From positions 48,050,001 through 48,114,000 of the forward strand of contig NC_043008.1 of the NCBI RefSeq assembly GCF_006345805.1: a stretch of 64,000 nucleotides of DNA. Reading direction: 5' to 3'. Below, piece by piece: positions 53,661 through 64,000 of the stretch. The position numbers and the translations under genes were made by a program. How positions within the stretch are numbered: position 1 is the first letter of the stretch; each line of letters opens with the position of its first letter. The DNA comes from Octopus sinensis (taxonomy: Eukaryota). Below the pieces are notes generated by a model that did not search any database, was not told the DNA's origin, and was given only the letters and a program-made list of their open reading frames with translations.

Positions 53661-53802
53661 CATGTATATGCATATATATACATAAATATATCAGTATATA
53701 TATACACTCATACACATATATGTATATCATATATATACATGTATCTATGTGTGTGAGTGCGTGTGTGCATATGTGTGCGTGTGTGTGTGTGTGTGTGTGT
53801 GC

Positions 53803-53839
<37 letters not shown>

Positions 53840-56144
53840 ATGCTTGCAAGTGAATTAGAATAGATTTTTGTCCTCCATGTTGTAACCTTCATATCCACTT
53901 CGTAATCCGGAATTAATTGATTCCGTCTCAAGCAACAAGAGACACAAACATCGGCAACACAATCTCGTCTCAATCTTTTCCTCTCCAAACATCAATCACA
54001 AAAGCCACATTCTTCTCTCATAATACAATGTTGTTATGAAACTAAATACCGAACACTATAACAGTTATATGTGTATGCATATATATGTGTGTGCACATGT
54101 GTGTATGTTTATATATATGTATATATATGTATATACATATGTATGTATATATATATAAATGTATGTATTCATGTATGTATATAAATACAAACACATATAT
54201 ATACATATGTGTGTATGTACGTATGTCTGTATGTGTGAATACATATATATATATATATATATATACTATATGTAGGTATATATACTATATGTAGGTATAT
54301 ACACGCATACATGCGCACACGCACACGCACACACACACACAAATGTAATGGATTTGTTTCTCATCGGGGCTAACTGACGCTGTTATTGCTGTTGTTTTTG
54401 CTTAGACCAAGTCAGTCTCAACTGAAGACCACTCTTAACAAAAGCTTTACGTCCATGACCATCTCGTATTATAAAGTTATAACGTGCCTACAACTACAGT
54501 CTCCTGAATGTACGACTTGTTTCTATTTCAAAACCTCAGGATGTGACTTGATGCAGATGTCGCTGTTATTTCTGGATGGTTGGTAGACCAGAAATGAATT
54601 TGTTCCTCGACCGCTGGCTGAGCAAAGTAAATATGAGTCAAACAACATAACGGTAGTTTGTTTATGTTACAGCTTACACATCCTCACTGCATTGTGCCAC
54701 AGACAATTATATTTTATCATCTTCGGGTTTCCTTTAGTCTTCAGATTTCTTTTCATTTTAAACTCTTCAGATTCTTACGCTGAAAAACCAAAAACAGAGT
54801 TCCACAAGCGCGGTATACTGATAGTTTACAGACCAGTAACAGCTGCACAGATCGGGGAGAAGTCCTTACCTATCAACTCTGCTCTGATTTCCCGAATTAA
54901 ACTGTGAAGATATTGAAAGAAATATTTACTCAGTACAACGTTTATCTTATAATTATATTTATTCAACGAATGCATTTATAATTTGCTTAGATATCAGGAA
55001 TATTCGGTAAATCAGACGGCCATTTTTGTCTACCATGAAAAACCTGTCTAAATCTAAAATGGCATCGCGACCTCAGTTTTCGTTCATTAACACAGAGAGT
55101 CACGTTTAAAGCGAAGGAATTCACAACTGAATAAGAACCAATTTTCCTAATAAGAGCCGGTTCCACCTTGATAACATGATTCGATATTTAGCTTCAAATT
55201 TTAGATTAGTCTTCCACGTAGGTTTCCTTGTATTTCTTGTATTAGACAATGCAAGTAAGGACATGTCTTTCTTGCGGAGAAGATACAGATAAACAAGTAG
55301 GAAATAATATTAATCATAACTTTCAACTTGAGTTTTATGTGCCGAATCCATTGCTAATTTGTGTCAACAGTGGATTCAATCAATTTGAAGTTCTAAATTT
55401 AATGGTAAAGTAATATGTTTTAAGTTTGTATTTGTTGGTACGGAAGCACAATGAGAAGCCTTCGTGTCTTCCATTTAAGATGTGGCCAGATAAAGTCAAA
55501 ATTCTTGAATTTTCTGTCGTGTACAGATGACAGTGGCTTCAACGCCCGTTCGTTGGCTTTACTTCAAAATTCCATTTTGATGTGGGCCTACTCTCTTACC
55601 TCTCTTTCAGGAGCCAAATATATTTAGAAAGGGATGAAATATTCATAGACCTAAACGAATGGCTTGACTGTATAGTGTGTACCCAGCTTAAGCGTTTTAA
55701 CGATTAACTATATTTTAATTGTACAGCATAACAACTCTGTATCTGCACTAACGTTCTATTTCTTTTGGGAGCCATTTTCCGTTCTAGTTTGTGCCTTTGC
55801 ATTCGGGTTAAGATGGGCTTGTGATGTTGATAGATCTTATTACAGTTAAAACCATCTAATTCTATTTTACCCTTACGAGTATAACAGACCTTAGCAGTAT
55901 TTTGTGAAATCGGTATGAAGTGTGGGGAGGGTGGGTGTACTGACTAGTAGAAGCAAGTTCCTTACAGTTGCGAAAGTAAATGAATAAAGTAGATATTTTT
56001 CTCCTTTTACGCTAGGTGAAATTTAGTGTGTCTTATTCAGATACACATACATTCGCACACTCATATATATATACATAGATGTATGTATATTGTATATATA
56101 TATGCATATGTGTGTGTATGTGTATGTTTGTGTTATATACATTT

Positions 56145-56195
<51 letters not shown>

Positions 56196-57055
56196 TGTAT
56201 ATATATATGTATGTGTGTATGTATATGGTGAAAGAGAGAAAGAAAAGGCGGGAAGTGCAAGAGGAGGAGGAGGAGAAGAGGTGAGAGAGTAGAAGTGCAT
56301 TTATTTGCCTTCAGAGGAAACACTATTGGCAAGAAAGTAACAAGAAGTAAATTTTTCAGTCTGCTAATCTGACGATTATTTTAACAAGTCCAGCTAAAGC
56401 AACGGAGGCTGCACTTTCTGTGTGAATTTGGTGTCGTTGTCGACGAACGGATTCCGTTTAAGAGGTGGCAACTCGAAAAATCAAGTACGGAATATCATGA
56501 CAATCAGGTGTTCAGCGAAGAATAATTGCAAAAAGTAGAGAAAGAAGAAGAAATGGAGTATTGATTGCCTGGAACAATATTTCTCACTGTTTTCTCGTTT
56601 ACCGTGTGAAAATGTACTTGAAATAATATATATAAGCACCGAGTGTCTCAGTGTGTGTGTGTGTGTGTGTAAGTGTAAGTGTTTCTCTATGAATGTGTAT
56701 GTGAATGTGTGTGTGTGTGTAACTGTAAATATATTCACTTTTCTTAATACGCTTCTATATATTAGTGTATGCAAATGACGAAGTGTTGTATGCGCATGCG
56801 TGTATGGTCTTGTTTCTGTATGCTTCTTCTGACTGACTTTATATATGCGGGGAAATCTACATACGTATATACAAGTACATATTTAAATACGTATATATGT
56901 GCATATGTATATATATATATATATATGTGTGTGTGTGGTGTGTGTGTGTGTGTGCATGCATGTGTGTACATATGTCTGTGTGAGCGCATTTGTGTGTGTA
57001 TGTATGTGTGTATGTAACTGTATGCATATATGTATATATACATATGTAGATATAA

Positions 57056-57132
<77 letters not shown>

Positions 57133-57196
57133 TGTGTGTGTGTGTCTGTGTGTGTCTGTGTGTGTGTGTATGTGTGTGTGTGTGTATATATATATA

Positions 57197-58071
57197 CAGG
57201 GTGCGATGGGTAGATTGCCGCCATTTCATATTTTTAATATCGCACATTGGCATTAAAAACTGGACTTGTTTTCTTATTTTGTCGACTACATAGAATAGTA
57301 GGGTCAGTTGCACACCGTCTGTGAGAGAAACAGCATCATAATGCGATTCACTCTGCCAGAAATTTGAAGAAGACATGCTGTACTGCTTGGCATTCGCGCC
57401 GGAAGCTACAATACAAGCATTTCAGAGTGTTTGGGTGTGAATCTGAGGAGAGTGCCATCTGAGGAGATGTACTGAGAGTGAGAAAAATCAAACATCCAAT
57501 CAACATCATGGTGTTTGGAGTGATCCCTAGTGATGCTGACGTTATGCCTCCATTCGTCTTCCCATACGGCCTCACACTCAACACGGAAGCTTACATCAAG
57601 TGCCTGGTGGAGGTAAGGCTGCCCTGTGTGAAGAGGATGGCTGCTGGAAGACACTATATCTAGCAACAGGACTCTGCACCATGCCACACAATTAGGAGAA
57701 CCTAATCGTGGATGCCAGACAATTTCTGCAACCACGTCACCACTAACATCTGGCCACCTAACTCCCCAGACTAACCCCTACATTATTAGTTGTGGGGCGC
57801 AGTTGAGCGAGACACCAACACCAAAGATGAACTGAAGGCAAGGAATTATGGCAGCATTCACCGACTTAAACAAGGAGACTGTTCAGAAGAGTTGCAGGAG
57901 ATTCCGAAGTAGTCTCGTGGCCGCGGTTGAAGCCAATTGCGATTTTATTGAATTAATTTACTCACTAGTATTTCACGATATTTACATGTAATTTTGGTAA
58001 ATATTTCTATTAAAAGGAGATGTTAGTTTCCTTTTTGCGTAATTCTGACAACAATTTATTCACCGAACTCA

Positions 58072-58072
<1 letters not shown>
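57197..58072 (+). mobile_element. Internally deleted maT-type (DD37D) Tc1/mariner transposon
   Basis: TA flanks, 26-bp TIRs matching at 17/26; decayed KHPINIMVFGVI..*QQDSAPCHT..WPPNSPD.NPL; 37 residues between the second and third catalytic positions after repairing a 2-nt deletion. Confidence 0.9.
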
Positions 58073-58117
<45 letters not shown>

Positions 58118-58121
<4 letters not shown>

Positions 58122-58222
58122 AAAGTTTACGAAAATAAACAAAAGACGAAGGCAGGTGGAGTACGAACAAACAAATGTATTAGTATGGCACTCAGGAATA
58201 GAAAAAGTCTTTCACGTTTCGA
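58118..58222 (-). mobile_element. Truncated pseudo-LTR 3' end (family of 58905-59110)
   Basis: gtttacgaaaataaacaaaagacgaaggcaggtggagtac...aagtctttcacgtttcga; breaks inside the hammerhead motif. Confidence 0.7.
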
Positions 58223-58231
58223 ATATATATA

Positions 58232-58629
58232 TTCTTTTACTCTTTTACTTGCTTCAGTCATTTGACTGCGGCCATCGTGGAGCACCGCCTTTAGTCGAGC
58301 AAATCGACCCCAGGACTTATTCTTTGTAAGCCTAGTACGTTATTCTATCGCTTCTTTCGCCGAACCGCTATGTTACGGCGACGTAAACACAACGCCACCG
58401 GTTGTCAAGTGATGCTGGGGGGGGGAACAAACACAGACACACAAACATACACACACTCATGTATACGACAGGCTTCTTTCAGTTTCCGTCTACCAAATCC
58501 ACTCACAAAGCTTTGGTCTACCCGGGGCTATAGCAGAAGACACTTGCCCAAGGTGCCACGCAGTGAGACTGAACCCGGAACCATGTTGTTGGTAAGAAAG
58601 CTACTTACCACACAGCCACTCCTGCGCCT
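58232..58629 (-). mobile_element. Full-length CORE-like SINE
   Basis: Minus head aggcgcaggagtggctgtgtggtaag, B-box-like gggttcagtctc, CORE-like caccttgggcaagtgtcttc, tail actgaagcaagtaaaagagtaaaaga. Confidence 0.85.
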
Positions 58630-58673
58630 ATATATATATGTGTGTGTGTGTGTGGTGTGTGTGTGTGTATGTA

Positions 58674-58755
<82 letters not shown>

Positions 58756-58788
58756 CATTTATATATATATATACATATATTCACACAC

Positions 58789-58884
<96 letters not shown>

Positions 58885-58904
58885 AATACATATATATATA
58901 TAAC

Positions 58905-59110
58905 GGGAAGGTTTACGAAAATAAACAGAAGACGAAGGCAGGTGGAGTACAAACAAACAAATGTATTAGTATGGCGCTCAGGAATAGAAATAGAACAAGT
59001 CTTTTACGTTTCGAGCCTACGCTCTTCGACAGAACGATACACAGAAAAGAAACAAGGGGAGAAACAAGGAGAGAAAAAAATGCGTGTAGGAGCAAACGGT
59101 CTATCATGGC
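58905..59110 (-). mobile_element. Penelope-like pseudo-LTR with hammerhead-like motif (A6U core)
   Basis: Minus ctgtcga-a-gagc-gtag-gctc-gaa-acgt-a-aaagac at 58999-59032. Confidence 0.7.
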
Positions 59111-59879
59111 GTTCTGACTTCAGGCAGAGATCAGAGGTCAGAGGTCAGACGTTAGACGCTAGAGGGATAGTAGGGGAGATAACAGGGTCAAGTGACTTCC
59201 AAAACGAAGGTGGCCCCAACACGAAGGTGCGTGTGTGTATAAGAGAGTATGTATGTGCGTGTGAAAGAGGGCTTGTGGTCTGGACGTGTGTATGTATGTA
59301 TGTGTGGGTGTGGAGATATGGGGATGGGTGTGTGGGTGGTGTGTTGTGATATGATATGTGTATGTATGTGTGGGTGTAAAGATGTGGGGATGGGTGTGTG
59401 GGCAGTGTGCTGTGGGCGGTGTGCTGTGATGTGATGTGTAATGTCGTATGGTCTAGTGTAGTGTGGTGTGATGTTGTGGGCAGGTGGGGTGGCGAGAGTG
59501 GGGACAGCCCATGTGGGGTGTGGGAACGGCTGGGGACACAAATATATATATATACCTGTGCGTGTTTGTGTGTGTGTGATTGGCTTTGTGCCTATCTTAA
59601 TATGAGTGCGGCTATTTGCGCCTATAAATATATGTAAATACACATACGTGTATATGTGTGTATGTATATGTATGTATGCATGTATACATATGTGTGTGTG
59701 TCTGTGTGCATTATGCATGCATCAAGAAGTGAGCATAATGTGTCAGTATATGTGTATCTCTGTATGTGTGTGTGTGTGTGGTGTGTGTGAGTTTAGGGCA
59801 TAAAACTTTTTAGTGTATGTTTGTGAATGTATATCATTACATATATATACAAAAGTATGCTGCTGTGTATGTGTGTATA

Positions 59880-60112
59880 TATTTCTTTACTACCCACAAG
59901 GGGCTAAACATAGAGGGGACAAACAAGGACAGACAAGGGGATTAAGTCGATTACGTCGACTCCAGTGCGAAAATGGTACTTAATTTATCGACCCCGAAAG
60001 GATGAAAGGCAAAGTCGACCCCGGCGGAATTTGAACTCAGAACGTAACGGCAGACGAAACACGGCTATGCATTTCGCCCGGCGTGCTAACGTTTCTGCCA
60101 GGTCGCCGCCTT
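59880..60112 (-). mobile_element. Full-length tRNA-derived SINE (Nin/Deu-like core)
   Basis: Near reverse complement of 30673-30904. Confidence 0.9.
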
Positions 60113-61189
60113 TTGTGTCTGTGTGTATATTTATATATATATATATATAAATATATACATAATATATATATTTATACACACACACATTCTCATACACACA
60201 CACACACTCATATACGTATATATATATATATATATACATATATACATGTGTATATATGTATATATGCATGAATACATATATGCGTATAGATGTATGCATA
60301 AATACAGAGATGAAGGCGTGTGTGCGTGTGTGCGTGTGTGTGTACTGATTGAGAGAGAGGGGGGTTAATATTTTATTAGGTGTGATTGCTACAGGTGTGA
60401 CTTGCGGGCGTAAAGGTTCGTGACAGATCCCTTATGAAACTATATTTCTATATACACCTAATATGTATGTACGTGTGTGTATATGTGTGTGTGTGTGTGT
60501 TTGTATATCTGTCTGCGTGACTATATGCATTTGTGTGTATATGAGTGTATGTGTGCGTATACGTGCATGTATGTATATGTATGTGTGTGTCAGTATTCTG
60601 CTTATACGGCTGCTGTGTAAATGTCTGTGCGTCTGTGTGTTTGTTTGTTTAGTTGTTTTGTTTCTTTGTAAATTCTGCTTCCACCGTTTTTGCTTAACTT
60701 TTGGTGACGGTGTATGTATAGAGGGGGGTGTGCATATTTATGGGTTTATAAATGGTGAGGGGATTGGGTGTGCGTGTGTGTTTATGTGTGCATGTGTACG
60801 TGTGTGTGTAACTGTGTATTATGTGTACACATACACACACACATACGCACACGTGTGTCTATAACTCTATATTGTGTGTCCCTGGAAGTGTGTTTACGTG
60901 CGAGTTCGCTTTGATGTGTTTGTGCATGTGTGCGTGTCTGTGTGTGTGTACGTGTGTGCGTGTCTGTGTATTTGTTTACACACGTTTCTACACGTTTCTA
61001 AAGAAGTCATGTTCACACTTTTTTCTGGCTTTATTTATGTTTTTGTCTATATAAGCATTGAAGAATGTTTTACAATGTGTGTGTATATATAATTACACAT
61101 TCGTGTACGTATATATATATATATATATATATACATATACATACATATGCGTGCATATATACATTACACACACACACACACGTATATAT

Positions 61190-61570
61190 ATATATATATA
61201 TATATAAACGGTAATTTGTCTGTCTGTGTGTCTGTCAGGTTGTACCCTCACTCTGACCACGGCTTTCAACCGATTCTGATGAAACTTGACACACACATAG
61301 CCCAATGTCATAATTCAAAACTAACGCAGCGAAAATTTTGAAAAGTTCCCCCAGTTCTGAAAAAAATCGATAAATTCGACATGGGGTCGACAATGAGAAA
61401 CACAAACCACAAACTGTCTAGGGGACGCAACTCCACCTTTTTTAAATCTCAAAAAAAAATTTACCATCATTTTTTTCCATTTTTTTTGCTATTTTTTGGC
61501 TATAACTCTCTAAAAATGCTTTATAGTTATTTCCCTTACAAACCTGAGCAACGCCGGGCGATACTGCTAG
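61190..61570 (+). mobile_element. Non-autonomous Helitron-like element
   Basis: Starts in (TA)n with tataaacggtaatttgtctgtctg; ends with GC-rich palindrome gcaacgccgggcgatactg plus CTAG followed by T, the Helitron 3' signature. Confidence 0.75.
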
Positions 61571-61601
<31 letters not shown>

Positions 61602-62776
61602 ATGTAAGTGTGTCAGAGCGTTTTCACGATTCTACTGTGATCCGTGATGCGTCTTTGATAGCGAATATTTTGAAATATATATTTTTTACCGATGTAGGTA
61701 AATAGCACTTGTTTAAGTACGTATATTATGTACATCGTATGTAAATGTGTATCGTTCCAGATTTGCTCCTACGTGTCAATGTGTATAAAACAATACTAGT
61801 GTATATATATACGTGTGTGTATTATACATGTAAATGTACGTCAACATATGGTGATATGTATCCGTATGCCTATATACAACGCACGTCTGTATGTGTGTGC
61901 GTATGCGTGCATGGTGAAATGCGGGGGATGTTTTCTGATTGTTGCTCCTTGGTTTGTGGGAATACAGCCATTTGGATATTTTTTTTGTCTTTGTGAATGT
62001 GTGTGTGTGTGTATTTAGATCAGCATATGGATGTGTAGATATATGTAGACATAAAGACAAATATATGTTGCTTATTTAGTATGTGTATGTGTGCGTAGAG
62101 AAGTGAAAAGTGAGGATAGTGAAGGAGAGAGAGTAGAGGGAAGAACAGGAAGGGAGGAAGAGTGAGGAAGGGAGATACGAAATAAGAGTACGAAATGTGA
62201 GTACGAGATGAGAGTACACGTGCCTGTCTCCCCCATCAAGTTGATCACCACCTCCACCCATTTCCATTTCTTATTCACTCCACACACACACACACACACA
62301 CACACTCTTAATTTATCTCACTCTCTCCCTGAATGCCACCAATTTTTTTTTTCCAATCCTTCCTCCCCAAAAACACAACCTACCCACTACCAACCATCCA
62401 CACTCACCCTCATACATCAACTCTATTGGTGTGTTTTGACGGTTTAGAAAACATAAGATTTGCTGAGGTTTGAAAATCTACAACGAATCATTTGAAAACT
62501 GGCAAAGTTCGCCTTTGTAATTGCCTCAAATTGTCGACATTGTAGACGGGACAAATGTGGAAAGGGGATGCATATAATGCTGTGCAATTAAGAACTTTAC
62601 TTCGTGACCACATAGATCTAAGTTCAAGCTCACTCTGCAGAAATTTGGCATGTCTCTTCCTTCATAATTTCCAGTTGACCAAGACCTTGTCTCTGAAATT
62701 TGCTTGACGGAAACTATGCTGAAACTTCCCAAGGTGAAACATACGTATGTGTGTGTGTTTGTGTGTGTGTGTGTAT

Positions 62777-62820
<44 letters not shown>

Positions 62821-64000
62821 TGTGTGTGTGTGTGTGTCCGTCCTGGAGCGCGCACACAAAGACACACACACAAACGGAGGGGATAATAAAGATGTTTCAG
62901 ACTATAAGACCCAAGTCTTTCTTGGTGGAATTGTTACATTTGTAGGAACCGTATGTATTGATACACGACCACCACCATCATTACCATCATCATAATCATC
63001 ATCATCATCGCATCTTGTGTGAAAATCTCTCTCTATTCTAAAATTATTGAGCAACGAGAATGTTGTTGCTGTTGTTATTCCACGTCAGACCACTCTTGGT
63101 GAAGTAGACCTAATGCCGACAGTGACCATCCTTGGGGGTTATAAAACTACATCAGCTAATGTAATCATTTTCGCTGTATTACCCTGCTACTTCTAGCGGG
63201 TCGAGCTTCCACGTGAATGTTCCCTGGTCGGCTTTCAATTAACCAAAAGATTGCGCTTGGAATATTTTATATCCGTTGAGGGAATATCAACGGATAAAAG
63301 GCTGATATGAAACATATTCGATATAAATCTCTCAATAATTGGAATGGATCTTAATCCTCATGTGGATTATTGACCATTTACGAAGATCCAACAATGTCAC
63401 TGCTACAACTTTATCAAACGTCAGCTTGATACGAAAAACCTGTTTCTAAGGTTCCTTAATAATTCTTTTTCTGCTTAGATATTCTTATTTTTACAGATTA
63501 CCTGAACAAAAGATTAAATTCATTTCAGAGAAAAAATGGAGACAGTTTTAATAAGCATAATATGTTGGTGTATGTACTATAGCCATCTATATTTTTAATA
63601 AGCTCGAAATTATTTTGCTTCTAAAGCCATTTCATGTGACGAAGCAGTTCATGTAACTAACAAGAAATTTTCTATTTGGAATATCAATTCTCTCAATTAT
63701 CACGCTGTCATGCATCTCTTACGATGCTTTCACAGAATTATTAATCTCGTACAGCATAAAACGTGCCTTTCAAAGTTTTGTTCACCGCCTCTGCACTTTC
63801 TCCTCACTTCTTCCATGTTCTTAATAAGCTTCCAAACAGTCACATCTGCAACATCTTTCAAACAGCCAATCAAATTCGTTGCCTTTAACTAGAGAATAAT
63901 ATACGCGTCCTCCTTTTGATTTATTGCAGAAGCTGATATACGTTGCATAAAATGAATCAGGTGGAATTGGTGAGGATCCAGTGTTTTACTGAGTCGAATC

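Overview
AT-rich, microsatellite-saturated, repeat-dominated animal DNA. The SINE, mariner and Penelope families look like those of an octopus (coleoid cephalopod); this is inferred from family motifs, not from a search. No host gene could be identified, and nearly all listed ORFs are translations of simple repeats. The window contains: about 20 SINE copies (tRNA-head, CORE-like, Nin/Deu-like, RTE-tail); four IS630-Tc1-mariner remnants, one a DD37D maT-type deletion derivative; a decayed Penelope-like (Naiad-type) reverse transcriptase; an L1/Tx1 fragment; a non-autonomous Helitron; a ~4 kb degenerate 32-bp tandem array; and a 15-bp minisatellite. The most unusual signal is a set of small non-coding elements carrying hammerhead ribozyme (HHR) motifs. 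These include (i) a possibly permuted, pseudoknot-type hammerhead inside a ~770-bp direct-repeat unit, (ii) several head-to-head inverted pairs with outward-facing hammerhead-like motifs, and (iii) a family with a consistent A6U core variant.
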